A stretch of DNA of 64,000 nt, from positions 4,608,001 to 4,672,000 of the forward strand of contig OZ244587.1 of NCBI GenBank assembly GCA_965218095.1. Direction: 5' to 3'. Under the pieces are notes generated by a model that was given only the letters and a program-made list of their open reading frames with translations, made no database searches and was not told the DNA's origin. The translations under genes and the position numbers were made by a program. This document shows, piece after piece, positions 20,863-31,108 of the stretch (the first letter of the stretch is position 1; each line of letters opens with the position of its first letter). Source of the stretch: Candidatus Poribacteria bacterium (GTDB lineage: Bacteria > Poribacteria > WGA-4E > PCPOR2b).

Positions 20863-23499
20863 ATGACAGACATTCCAAAAACATATTCACCACACGACAT
20901 CGAAGAAAAATGGTACAAGTTCTGGCAGGACAAGGATTATTTCCATGCCGCCGACACATCCGAGAAGCCCCCTTACTCAATCGTAATTCCGCCGCCGAAT
21001 ATCACGGGGAGCCTGCATATTGGACACGCGCTCAATAATACATTGCAGGACACGCTCATCCGTTGGAGACGCATGCAGGGCTACAACACCCTCTGGATGC
21101 CGGGTACAGACCATGCGGGCATCGGCACAGAAATCATCATGGAAAAACAACTCGCCGGTTGGGGAACGAACCGTGATGAACTCGGACGTGAGAAATTCAT
21201 TGAGAAGATGTGGGGCTGGAAGGATGAAACGCACGCAACCATCATTGATCAGTTGGAGCAACTCGGTTGTTCCTGTGATTGGAAGCGTGAACGATTCACG
21301 ATGGATGAAGGGCTATCCAGGGCAGTCCGCACGGCATTTGTCAAACTCTACAACGAGGGCTTAATCTATCGCGGCACAAACTTGGTCAATTGGTGCCCAA
21401 ACTGCCGCACCGTCATTTCCGACCTTGAGGTTGAGCCGGTCGAGATCGACGGGAATTTCTATCACATCAAATACCCGATCAAGGATTCAGAGACGTTTGT
21501 TGAAATCGCAACAACGCGCCCGGAAACGATGCTTGGTGATACGGCGGTTGCTATCCACCCGGAAGATGGGCGTTACCAACACCTCATCGGCAAAACGGCA
21601 GTCTTACCGATTCTTGAGCGTCAACTTCCGATTATCGCAGATCCATATGTAGACCAGGAATTTGGTACGGGAGCATTGAAGGTCACGCCAGCACACGATC
21701 CAAACGACTACGAAATCGGTCAGCGGCATGAACTTGAGCAGGTCAACATACTTAATCCGGATGGCACATTGAATGAAAATGCGGGTGCAACGTATCAGGG
21801 CATGGATCGGCTTCAATGCCGCGAAGCCCTGGTCGAAGAGCTGCATGAACAGGGGTATCTGCTCAAAATTGTCCCACACAGACACGCGGTTGGACATCAT
21901 GAGCGATGTGACCGGATCATTGAACCCTATATCTCGTCGCAATGGTATCTCAATGTTAAGCCGCTTGCAGAATGCGCGATTGAAGCGACGAAGCGCGGTG
22001 AAATTGTATTTCTCCCGGAGCGTGAGGAAAGACGATTTTATCAATGGATGGAAAATATTGAGCCGTGGCCGATTTCCCGTCAACGCTGGTGGGGACACAA
22101 ACTCCCAATCTGGCACTGCGACGATTGCGACGAAATCACGGTGGCGGTGGCCCCACCTTCTCAGTGCTCTCACTGTGATTCTGAGAAGATTCGGCAAGAA
22201 GAGGAGGTTCTCGATACATGGTTCAGCTCGGGACTCTGGCCCTTCTCGACAATGGGCTGGCCCGATGATACGGAGCTCCTCAAGACTTTCTATCCGACCT
22301 CTGTATTGGTGACTGCGTGGGACATCCTCTTCTTCTGGGTCGCCCGGATGACGATGTTCGGGCTCCAGTGTATGGACGAAGTCCCGTTTCGTTGCGTCTA
22401 TCTCCATGCATTGGTTGCGGATGAACATGGGCAGAAACAGAGTAAGTCGAAAGGTAACGCGATTGACCCTGTGCCAACCATCCACAAGTACGGTGCCGAT
22501 GTGTTTCGCTTCGCGCTTGTATTCTCCGCTGTGCCCAATCCATATATTGCGTTGGCTGAATCCCAAATTGAGGCAGGAAAGCGGTTCGCCAACAAGATCT
22601 GGAATGCCTCTCGATTCTTGCTCATGAATCTTGACGACTTTCAGCCCGCACCGCCAACCTCCCTCAGCTTGTGCGATCGGTGGATTCGTAGCTGTTTCAA
22701 CGCAACCGTGCAGAATGTGACGACATACCTTGAGCAGTTTCGTTTCAGTGATGCAGCACACTGCCTCTATGAGTTTCTCTGGCACGAGTTCTGTGACTGG
22801 TATATCGAGCTGATTAAGCAGCGGTTATATTACTCCACGGATGCGACAGCGAAGCACACAGCGCAAACGATCGCGGGCGAAATCCTCGAAGGCACCATGC
22901 GTTTGTTGCACCCGATTATGCCGTTCATCACCGAAGAGATCTGGGGTCGGCTGCCACATAAAGGTAAGAGCATTGTCGTCGCCCCCTGGCCAGAGCCAAA
23001 TGGAGAGTGGGAAGATGAACAAGCAGCGGATGTGATGAAAACAATCATGACTGTTATCGAGGCCATCCGCAGCATCCGCGGCGAGATGAATGTCCCGCCG
23101 TCTAGCGAAATCGAGATCTTGATCCAAGCACCTGACCCCGCAATTCGTGCTCTTCTGGATGAACACTTGCAAGAATATCTTCCGGCGTTTACACGCTTTT
23201 CACGAATCTCTATCGCGGAACATCAAGATAGGCCCGATGCAGCAGCCGCAGCGGTGATTGGAGATACAGTAATCTATATCCCGCTCGCGGAGATCATTGA
23301 TATCGAAGCGGAAAAGGCACGCTTGCGGAAACGGTTGGACAAAGTTATCAAAGATCTTACCGGCACGCAGAAAACCCTCAACAATCCGGCGTTCATCGAA
23401 CGTGCGCCAAAAGCGGTTGTCGAACAGAAACACGCTCGACTTGCAGAACTCGAATCGGAGAAAGAGAAGTTAGAAGCGAATTTGGAAATGTTGAGGTGA
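20863..23499 (+). CDS. valS: Valine--tRNA ligase
   Basis: PPPNITGSLHIGH, PGTDHAGI, ATTRPET, FGTGALKVTPAHD, ISRQ.WWGH, DTWFSS, KQSKSKGN and a C-terminal coiled coil. Confidence 0.98.
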   Translation: MTDIPKTYSPHDIEEKWYKFWQDKDYFHAADTSEKPPYSIVIPPPNITGSLHIGHALNNTLQDTLIRWRRMQGYNTLWMPGTDHAGIGTEIIMEKQLAGWGTNRDELGREKFIEKMWGWKDETHATIIDQLEQLGCSCDWKRERFTMDEGLSRAVRTAFVKLYNEGLIYRGTNLVNWCPNCRTVISDLEVEPVEIDGNFYHIKYPIKDSETFVEIATTRPETMLGDTAVAIHPEDGRYQHLIGKTAVLPILERQLPIIADPYVDQEFGTGALKVTPAHDPNDYEIGQRHELEQVNILNPDGTLNENAGATYQGMDRLQCREALVEELHEQGYLLKIVPHRHAVGHHERCDRIIEPYISSQWYLNVKPLAECAIEATKRGEIVFLPEREERRFYQWMENIEPWPISRQRWWGHKLPIWHCDDCDEITVAVAPPSQCSHCDSEKIRQEEEVLDTWFSSGLWPFSTMGWPDDTELLKTFYPTSVLVTAWDILFFWVARMTMFGLQCMDEVPFRCVYLHALVADEHGQKQSKSKGNAIDPVPTIHKYGADVFRFALVFSAVPNPYIALAESQIEAGKRFANKIWNASRFLLMNLDDFQPAPPTSLSLCDRWIRSCFNATVQNVTTYLEQFRFSDAAHCLYEFLWHEFCDWYIELIKQRLYYSTDATAKHTAQTIAGEILEGTMRLLHPIMPFITEEIWGRLPHKGKSIVVAPWPEPNGEWEDEQAADVMKTIMTVIEAIRSIRGEMNVPPSSEIEILIQAPDPAIRALLDEHLQEYLPAFTRFSRISIAEHQDRPDAAAAAVIGDTVIYIPLAEIIDIEAEKARLRKRLDKVIKDLTGTQKTLNNPAFIERAPKAVVEQKHARLAELESEKEKLEANLEMLR

Positions 23500-23600
23500 A
23501 ACCTGATCGGTAACTTTGTCGAGAACCTGACGAAATTATCGACAGAAAGACGCCTGGTTGGTAATGCGTAAATTTTACAATCGGAACAGCGGACAAAATC

Positions 23601-23977
23601 ATGGGGCGAATTATTAAAACGACTGAAATTGAGAGGCAGCCGGCTGTCGCTCTGTTCGACGGCGGAGCGGTGTACACTTAGTCTGTTCCCCTCTGGTGCA
23701 GAATGTGCCCAGGAAGTCAGTGAGCCGGCCAGTTCGCGTGACTTTAGAGGGGCAAGGGATTGACATTCGGGAACTATGCTTCATCGAAGGAAAAATCGGG
23801 GGACTGGACTTTTTTGCTGATGTGGTTCCTGCCGCCAAACTGGGTTAGGCGGATGGCCACAATTTGGACACGATCATCGGAGCGCTCACAATGGAAAGGT
23901 GGGAGATCAAACTTGACCTCAAAAACGGCACGCTGGATTTGGAAGGGCTTCTGCGTCGGGCGTTCACCGGATTTTGA
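23601..23977 (+). pseudogene. Retropepsin-like (clan AA) aspartyl protease remnant
   Basis: My translation: MGRIIKTTEIERQPAVALFDGGAVYT*...(frameshift)...GKIGGLDFFADVVPAAKLG*ADGHNLDTIIGALTMERWEIKLD...; degenerate ALFD(T)GA and IIG motifs. Confidence 0.7.
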
Positions 23978-24027
23978 ACATTTGCGTGGATCGATGGTCA
24001 GATTAGGAGACGTTCAACAGCGTATGA

Positions 24028-24564
24028 TTACGCCTCACGCAGCTTAATCGTGAGCGCTTCCTTGTAAGCTGTCACCGCCTCACGACGTTGCCCTTGCGCT
24101 GCATAAGCAGACCCGAGTCGAGAATACGCTTCAGCGTTATTCGGTGCCAGCGCAATCGTCTGTTGATAGGATTGAATCGCCTCATCGTAACGTTCGAGCA
24201 ACTGGCAGACAAGTCCTAGATTCAGGTGAATGGCCGGATCGCTAGGTTCACAGACAATTGCCCGTTTGTACGAAGCCACCGCGTTATCATAATCCCCAAC
24301 CATGAAATAGCTCAAACCAAGATAGAAATGCCCATCCGCGGATTCTCGATTGTGCTGCAACGCCTCTTGGAATGCCCCAATTGCCCTCTGATAATCTTTT
24401 GCATTCAGTGCTGCAACCGCCCGATCGAGGTGTTCTGCTGCGGCTTGATCGGATTATATATATGCTTGACCCCGCTGAATCAGATCTTCCTGGGATATAC
24501 CCTTCGTTATCGTATCATCAGAGGAGATTAAGGCGTGGTCTGGATCTTCTTTGCGATTTTTCAT
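24028..24564 (-). pseudogene. Tetratricopeptide-repeat protein with an in-frame TAA at codon 37
   Basis: ATG overlaps the upstream TGA (ATGA); stop at 24454-24456; TPR units (FYLGLSY..GDY..A...YK.AI...P) follow in the same frame. Confidence 0.85.
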
Positions 24565-25685
24565 GTTTTGATGATCTCCACATTTGCGCGCGGTAGGGTA
24601 ATGTAACTTCCATCCGCCAGTTCAACCTCCAACACGCGAACCTTTGCTTCGGTTTCAAGCTGTTGAAGTTTGACCGGCAGGGCGGAAACCCGTCCTAGCT
24701 GTCCGAAATAGGGTTCACGGATAATGCGAATTGGCGTTCCGATATTGAGTTCAACCCCGCTGGCGGTTTCTTTTTCCATCATTTGCTTGTGCGGCTGGAA
24801 GGGAATGACGATCTCCGGACGCAGAACACCGGCTCGAATCTGTGTTGCACCATTGATCGAAGCGGTCATGCCTTCTCGTTCCTTGAGGAGATTGAAGGTT
24901 CGTGATGCTATACCGATCTCTCCAAACCCTTCTGTGATGATGAGCGTAATCCCAAGCGTTTCTGAACCTGTAATTGCGACGCCGAGCTCGTAGCCCAACA
25001 GGTCGCGGAGATCGCTGTCATGAATACCCCCCACAATCAGCCCCTTGACGCCCTGGTGAATCGCCTCCTGGATGGTGTCATTCCGAACGACAGAACCGCC
25101 GAGGAGGATCTTGTCCTGATGCGCTGGTCGAATGAGATCGGGTGTTAATGGGGCATCCGGCGAATCCGCCACGACTTCAAGCCTGCCGACCGTCTCCCCG
25201 CCGACGCCGAAGATCCCTTGAATGTACGTCCCATAAGTTTCCACGACTGCCCCTTCGTTGGGGACAACCTCGACAATTAATCCCTCAACATAACCCTTGA
25301 CATTGATGGGGATTGGCGCTTCACGAAGGACTGCCTGTCCTGTTACATCGGAAATGCTTTCGATTGTCCCATCAATTGGGGCTCGTACTTGCGATTTGAA
25401 GAGTCCAAAAAAGCCCTTTGTCGTTGCGAGGAGCTCATCTTTCTCGACGGTTTCTCCCTCTTTTTTGAGCATGTAGTCCTTTACATCTCCGGGGGGAATA
25501 CTCAGTAAATTTGTGATATTCACAAGCTGAACATTTCCCGGCAGATCTGCTTTTGCAACAACACCTTCTGCTTCGACTTTATCCCCCACTTGAACGATCA
25601 CTTCTCCTTCGATTGGGAGCCGGCGCTCAACCTGTATTGTTATGTCTGCCGCAACTTTGAGTCCGGGAGTATATGCGTGCGCCAT
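24561..25685 (-). CDS. Conserved hypothetical protein (MAHAYTPGL N-terminus; barrel-sandwich-hybrid-like repeats and KOW-like C-terminus)
   Basis: 374-aa ORF with RBS; GEV.V.VGD.V and APIDG.I motifs; C-terminal G..IRIIREPYFG.LG.V. Confidence 0.7.
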   Translation of the reverse strand: MAHAYTPGLKVAADITIQVERRLPIEGEVIVQVGDKVEAEGVVAKADLPGNVQLVNITNLLSIPPGDVKDYMLKKEGETVEKDELLATTKGFFGLFKSQVRAPIDGTIESISDVTGQAVLREAPIPINVKGYVEGLIVEVVPNEGAVVETYGTYIQGIFGVGGETVGRLEVVADSPDAPLTPDLIRPAHQDKILLGGSVVRNDTIQEAIHQGVKGLIVGGIHDSDLRDLLGYELGVAITGSETLGITLIITEGFGEIGIASRTFNLLKEREGMTASINGATQIRAGVLRPEIVIPFQPHKQMMEKETASGVELNIGTPIRIIREPYFGQLGRVSALPVKLQQLETEAKVRVLEVELADGSYITLPRANVEIIKT

Positions 25686-25930
25686 AAATTAAACCTCTTA
25701 GGTGAAATGCAAGACGTATTGCGTAATGTGTGACGCGCAAGAATCGGCGAAATGGAAGATCACCTTTATGATAGCAGATTCCCTTTCAAAAGACAACGCA
25801 ATTTCGATAGCGAGGAAATCGCTTGCCTTCATGCTTGATCGGGGTTATACTTCATTAGCATTTTTCGGAATTTGTGTAATGGTCAACAGGATGATAGACA
25901 CTTTTGCTCACCAAATCTAAGCGACAAATC

Positions 25931-25990
25931 GTAGGGTGGGCACTGCCCATCGCGTGCTTCGGTGCTTTTGGTGGGCGGTGCCCACCCTAC
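25931..25990. repeat. GTAG-type REP doublet (REPIN-like)
   Basis: GTAGGGTGGGCACTGCCCA ... TGGGCGGTGCCCACCCTAC inverted pair. Confidence 0.8.
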
Positions 25991-26069
25991 AAGGAATGAT
26001 GTCTACCATCTTCCTGACCAATACAATTTTTCGGAATTTGCTTATTTCTCCCTTGATAAGGAGGTTACC

Positions 26070-28694
26070 TTGCGACAAAAATATCGTTCTGTTTTCATTG
26101 GAATTGTCGGCATATTACTGATAGCTACGCCAACGCAATCACAGATTATCAGCCCAGAGGAAGCAATCGGCTTTCCTGTCGGGTCAGATTACAAGTTAGC
26201 ACGTTGGGAGGCGATCATCGGCTATCTGCGATCGCTGGCAGCACACGCTGATCGGGTAATGCTGGAAGACCGCGGCAAAACCACCGAAGGACTCGATTTT
26301 GTGTTAGCGCTGATCTCTTCGCCGAGAAATTTGGCGAACCTTGACCATTACAAAGCCATTCAGCGAAAACTTGCTGATCCGCGTGGGCTGGACGTAGCAG
26401 AGTTAGAGCGCCTTTCCCAAGAGGGAAAAGCGGTTGTCATGATCAATTGCAACCTGCATTCGACAGAGATTGCGTCATCACAGATGTCGATGGAGCTGGC
26501 TTATCAATTGGCGACGGAAGACACGCCGCAGGTCAAAGAAATTTTGGAAAACGTGATGATCCTGCTCATTCCTTCCGCGAATCCCGATGGACTGAACATG
26601 GTCGTCGATTGGTACAATCGCACCGTCGGTACGCCGTATGAGGGTTCGCCGATGCCCTGGCTCTACCACAAATACGCGGGGCACGATAACAACCGGGATT
26701 GGTTTATGCTGACGCAGGTTGAATCGCAGATTCTGACTAGGATACTCTATGAAGAGTGGTTTCCTGAAGTTATCTACGATGTCCACCAGATGGGGAATGC
26801 GGGGGCGCGGTTCGTCATCCCCCCTTATTTTGACCCCGTCAATCCAAATATCCACCCTCTCTTGCAGCGTGAACTTTCCCTAATCGGCGCACAAATGGCG
26901 TTAGATCTCACTTCGCAGGGGTTCACCGGCGTGCTGTCCAATGCGGTATATGATACATGGTGGCACGGCGGATTCCGCACGGCGCCGTATCGTCACAACA
27001 TGGTGGGCATCTTGACAGAGGCCGCAAGTGTCAACATCGCTTCGCCGATCTTTCAACCTAGATCCAGTTTGCAGGGGCATCAACGCGGTTTGAGCAGATA
27101 CGCGCAACAGACTAACTTTCCTGAGCCGTGGCCAGGGGGCTGGTGGCGGTTACGCGACATCATTGATTACGAGAAAACGGCGGTGTATTCGATCCTTTCA
27201 CTCGTTGCCAAACAGAAAGCGTTGTTTCTCTCGAATTTTTACAAGATGGGATTGCGCGCAGTCGAAAAGGGAAGGCATGAACCGCCTCGCGCCTTTCTCG
27301 TGCCGGCGGAGCAGCGGGATGCCAATACCATGCTCAAGATGTTGGCACTCTTACAGCGAGGCGGCGTGGGAATCCATCAGGCAAACGCGGATTTCACAGC
27401 CGATGGGGTCGAATACCCCCAGGGCGCTTACGTCATCTCGATGGCGCAGCCGTTTCGCGCACATGCCAAAGATCTCCTTGAGGTGCAGCATTATCCCCAA
27501 CGCCGCGTGTCACCGGGAGCGTCGCCCGAACGTCCGTATGACATCGCTGGCTGGACGCTGCCGCTGCAGATGGGCGTCAGGACCATCACGGTGGTCAGCG
27601 AATTTCAGGTGGATCTGACGCTTGTCGAAGACTTGCCTGCAGCAGAAGGTAGACTCCATGTTGGGGATGCCGATCTCTGGGAAGGTTCGGAACCAATTGT
27701 GTATCTGTTCAAAAATCAGACGAATTCGGGGGCAATCGCTCTCAATCGATTGCTCCAAAGAGAGGAATATACGCTCCGCCAGTCGCCATCAAAATTTATC
27801 GTTAAAGACCAGCATTTTCCCCGCGGATCAATCTTCATTACATCAGACCTGGGAACAGATGTTGTGTCTGCAGAGCTGCGTGACCTCGCCGAGTCGCTTG
27901 GCATCGAGCTCTATGCGTTTAACCATCAACCACTGGAGATGCCAAAGGCGCATTTAATGTTGCCGCGTCTAGGGCTTTACAAGCCTTGGGTGGCGAACAT
28001 CGATGAGGGGTGGACACGATTTGTACTGGAACAACACGAGTTCCCCTATCGCAATCTGACAGATGCCGAGATTCGCGCTGGAAATTTAGCTGAGCAGTAC
28101 AATGTGATCATTCTGCCTGACATGAAGGTGTCAATGATGATCAACGGTCACGCTGATGGCAGTCTACCCCCAGAGTATGTCGGGGGGATTGGATTGGAGG
28201 GTACAGCGAACCTCCGCACGTTTGTTGAGGAGGGTGGAACGCTTATCTGTTTGAACGGGGCGACAGAGCTACCCACGGAATATTTCGGACTGGAAATCAC
28301 CAACGTCCTCGATTCATCAAACCAATCGAACCAGAACCAATCTAAGGGAAAGGGGTTTTTCTGCCCCGGTTCGCTGCTGCGTGTTTTCGTCGAGACGACC
28401 CACCCAATCGGCTACGGGCTCGAACGGGAGATGGCAGTATTTTTCAAGTCAGGTCCGGCGTTTGAGGTAAGAGGTGGGAAAAAGGTTGCCTCCTATCCCG
28501 ACTTCAATCCGTTAATGAGTGGCTGGATCGAGGGAGATAAACGCATTCGTGGGAAAGGGGCGCTCTGGGATGTCAATCTGGGTAAAGGGCATGTCATCTT
28601 GTTTGGCTTTAAGCCGCAGCATCGCGGTCAATCGCACGGGACGTTTAAGCTGTTGTTTAATGCGATCTACTATAGTGTTGTTGAACGCCAGTGA
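26070..28694 (+). CDS. M14-family zinc metallocarboxypeptidase with signal peptide and C-terminal glutamine-amidotransferase-like domain
   Basis: H.TE zinc motif (NLHSTE), NPDG, DNNRD, DVHQMG, YD.AGWTLP, DEGW.R; TTG start after AGGAGG. Confidence 0.9.
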   Translation: MRQKYRSVFIGIVGILLIATPTQSQIISPEEAIGFPVGSDYKLARWEAIIGYLRSLAAHADRVMLEDRGKTTEGLDFVLALISSPRNLANLDHYKAIQRKLADPRGLDVAELERLSQEGKAVVMINCNLHSTEIASSQMSMELAYQLATEDTPQVKEILENVMILLIPSANPDGLNMVVDWYNRTVGTPYEGSPMPWLYHKYAGHDNNRDWFMLTQVESQILTRILYEEWFPEVIYDVHQMGNAGARFVIPPYFDPVNPNIHPLLQRELSLIGAQMALDLTSQGFTGVLSNAVYDTWWHGGFRTAPYRHNMVGILTEAASVNIASPIFQPRSSLQGHQRGLSRYAQQTNFPEPWPGGWWRLRDIIDYEKTAVYSILSLVAKQKALFLSNFYKMGLRAVEKGRHEPPRAFLVPAEQRDANTMLKMLALLQRGGVGIHQANADFTADGVEYPQGAYVISMAQPFRAHAKDLLEVQHYPQRRVSPGASPERPYDIAGWTLPLQMGVRTITVVSEFQVDLTLVEDLPAAEGRLHVGDADLWEGSEPIVYLFKNQTNSGAIALNRLLQREEYTLRQSPSKFIVKDQHFPRGSIFITSDLGTDVVSAELRDLAESLGIELYAFNHQPLEMPKAHLMLPRLGLYKPWVANIDEGWTRFVLEQHEFPYRNLTDAEIRAGNLAEQYNVIILPDMKVSMMINGHADGSLPPEYVGGIGLEGTANLRTFVEEGGTLICLNGATELPTEYFGLEITNVLDSSNQSNQNQSKGKGFFCPGSLLRVFVETTHPIGYGLEREMAVFFKSGPAFEVRGGKKVASYPDFNPLMSGWIEGDKRIRGKGALWDVNLGKGHVILFGFKPQHRGQSHGTFKLLFNAIYYSVVERQ

Positions 28695-28842
28695 ATTCGG
28701 AAGTTCACAGTTTTCGCCTTCAATGCTCCGTCGGATTGCTAACTCCGACGGTTCTGGCGTGGATTTGGCAATTGCTTGCATCCCAATCGGGGCCACGCCG
28801 AGCATTTTCCAGACCTGTCAAGTGAACGTCTGTCAGAGCGAT

Positions 28843-29510
28843 TCAGACCCGCTCCGGAAATTCCTTACCTCGGATGCGCATAAAACGAAAAGCACCCGGC
28901 GGCTTTCCGCATTCAGTCCGGAGACGTGATTCCTCATCGTCAATCCCAAGGTACTTCGTCTCGGCGCGGATATAGTGCAGCGCCAGACCGCGGCGACGGT
29001 TCGGCGTTGGATTGGCGCCGGTCCGGTGGAAGTTCAGACTGTGGTGGAATATGCAGCGCCCAGCCTTCAACTCCACAGGCGCCGGACTGACAATCTCCGG
29101 GTCAGCGAGGAATGTCTGCTTATACTCACGCGCGACGGGGCTCCACTTGTGACTGCCCGGGATGACGGTCATACAGCCGTTTTCGACGGTGGTGTCGTCC
29201 AATGCAACCTAACAGGTCACATGATCTTGCGGCACGAAAAAAGGCCAAGCGAGTGAGTCCTGGTGCCAGTCGGTAACGGTTCCATTATAACGGGGCTTCA
29301 TCATCAGTTGGTCGGTGTGGTTGTATCTTTACCGTCCTGGAAAGCCGCTTCAAGCTGGATGTAGCGCGGCGGCAGGTGGGTGAGCCGTCCTTCAGCAATA
29401 TCCTCGCTGCGTTGACACAGTACCTCCAATTCCTCGTCAGACAGCACGCGCTTGTAAGGCAAATAACCGTACTTCTGGAAAAACGCTTTCTGATCGGCCA
29501 TAAGCGTCAT
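28843..29510 (-). pseudogene. PhyH-family dioxygenase with an internal deletion/frameshift and a nonsense codon
   Basis: N-terminus FFQKYGYL joins out of frame to DQLMMKP..DWHQD..VTC*VALDD.TVENGCM.VIPGSHKW...HRTGAN; TAG replaces the conserved Trp near 29209. Confidence 0.85.
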
Positions 29511-29599
29511 AATGGGTCTCCTTGTTACCACAAGCTAAATCGCAATCAATTTTGCCTTGACATATTACCGCAACACTTATTTCACTGATTTGAGGTAAT

Positions 29600-29641
29600 T
29601 TGACTTTGGTAAATTAAAAAGCGCTCATCGGCCAAAGTCAA
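29600..29641. repeat. Small element bounded by TTGACTTTG/CAAAGTCAA inverted repeats (related copy at 47697-47826)
   Basis: Both copies have 10-bp IRs and share internal GCTCATCGGCCAA in opposite orientations; the TGACTTTGTTACATT left end recurs at 35912. Confidence 0.55.
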
Positions 29642-29665
29642 GGTAAGACGTGGATCATATTGTTC

Positions 29666-30739
29666 CTATTTTTTTACCCTGAGTCCACCATAAAACTCAC
29701 TTTCGCGTCGGCAGAACAGATCAAGGAAATTGTTCGGATAAGGACGGGGCGGCTCACTGACTTCCCTCAATTCACTCACCTCCTCATCGGAGAGCTGAAA
29801 GCTCAACGTTTCGAGAAGGTCTGAGAATTGTTCCAACCGGGAGACGCCCACCAGCGTGACATCGCAGGTCCCTGCCTGAAGCAACCAGCGCGTGGCCACA
29901 TTAGCGATTGTCTTCCCATGTCCTTTGGCAATGCGATCCAGGGCATCTAGCGTCGCCCAATTTCTCTCGACAGCGAGGTTTTTCCAGGAGGAACTCTCGA
30001 CGTCCTCCATTAGTTCAAATCGGCTGTCCGGCGCTGGCTCTTTAGCACCCCGGCGGTACCTGCCCGTCAGGAATCCCTGCGCCAAGGCGCCCCAGACGAT
30101 AATGGAGACGCTCTGGTCCCGACAGGCCGGAATGATGGCGTTCTCAGCGACCCGATCCGCGAGGTTGTACCAGATTTGGTTGGAAACCAGGGGGGTCAAT
30201 CCCTCGAACCTAGCATACGTATTTGCCTTCACAACGTGCCACCCATCCCAGTTGCTGACCCCGATATAGCGAATCTTTCCTGCCCTGACAAAGTCATCCA
30301 GAACCCGCATCGTCTCTTCCACCGGCGTATAGAAATCCCAGACGTGGCACTGGTAGAGATCAATGTAGTCTGTATTGAGTCGCCGCAGGCTGGCTTCGAT
30401 CTGGGTTGCCAGATAGGTACGGGAGAGACCGACACTGTTCGGTCGGACCTCGTCCTCCATCAGCCAGTACCCCTTGGTCTCGATAACGAACCGGTCTCGT
30501 CTACCCTTGACAACCTTTCCAACCATCCGCTCCGAGGTCCCTGCCATGTCGGTGTTCGTGCTGCGGAGTCCCCCGCCGTATAGGTTTGCTGTATCTAACA
30601 GGTTGCCACCGGCATCGTAATACATGTCCACAATTCTCTGGCTTGTTTTTTTATCCAGCGTGGTACCGAAAGGAATTGCCCCCAGACCGATGCGCGACAC
30701 CTGCAATCCAGAATTCCCCAAATGACAGTATTCCATCAT
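29666..30739 (-). CDS. Aldo/keto reductase (Tas/YajO-like)
   Basis: LGNSGLQVSRIGLG, DTANLYG, SLRRLNTDYIDLYQCH, GKIRYIGVSN, YNL; real start MMEY at 30739 rather than 31063. Confidence 0.92.
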   Translation of the reverse strand: MMEYCHLGNSGLQVSRIGLGAIPFGTTLDKKTSQRIVDMYYDAGGNLLDTANLYGGGLRSTNTDMAGTSERMVGKVVKGRRDRFVIETKGYWLMEDEVRPNSVGLSRTYLATQIEASLRRLNTDYIDLYQCHVWDFYTPVEETMRVLDDFVRAGKIRYIGVSNWDGWHVVKANTYARFEGLTPLVSNQIWYNLADRVAENAIIPACRDQSVSIIVWGALAQGFLTGRYRRGAKEPAPDSRFELMEDVESSSWKNLAVERNWATLDALDRIAKGHGKTIANVATRWLLQAGTCDVTLVGVSRLEQFSDLLETLSFQLSDEEVSELREVSEPPRPYPNNFLDLFCRRESEFYGGLRVKK

Positions 30740-30882
30740 TTCCTCCCTAAATAAATTGAAATAATAGATAGAAGAATGAAAGGACGGGAAGAGAGTGGTG
30801 GCTTTCTTCCATCTTTCCCTTCCTGATTTTCTTCCGATGCCGAAAAAGAATCGGAATACGACTTTTTCAGTTAGCGAACGCC

Positions 30883-30961
30883 GGTTGAGTAGCGAAGCGT
30901 ATCGAAACCAAGTGAGCGACATCGGGTGGGTTTCGATACGTCGCAGTGCTCCTACTCGACC
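30883..30961. repeat. Long palindromic intergenic repeat element
   Basis: GGTTGAGTAG..CGTATCGAAACC / GGTTTCGATACG..CTACTCGACC nested inverted repeats. Confidence 0.75.
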
Positions 30962-31076
30962 AGCGCAACTCCGCGTCGCCGGTGCTGAGGCAGACAATCT
31001 CAGGGAACGCGGCGTTCCACTTGCTCTCAGGGTCTCAATATACCGTGACGTGCTGAAGCTCATTTACTGTAGCCAT
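30962..31076 (-). pseudogene. 5' remnant of a probable BNR/sialidase-like gene, truncated at the palindromic element
   Basis: AGGAGA RBS, then MATVNELQHVTVY*DPESKWNAAFPEIVCLSTGD, resembling the ..AFP....L..GD start of sialidase-type propellers. Confidence 0.5.
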
Positions 31077-31108
31077 TGGTTTCTCCTTTTCAACGTTAGT
31101 GGTTGTCA

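Noticed and set aside
8248-29211. TAG recoding or readthrough, suggested by many in-frame TAGs in otherwise open genes
   Set aside because: The TAGs appear to replace different residues (Gln, Trp, Leu, Tyr), each one base from a sense codon. In-frame TAA and TGA also occur, several of the same genes have frameshifts, and TAG terminates normal genes here.
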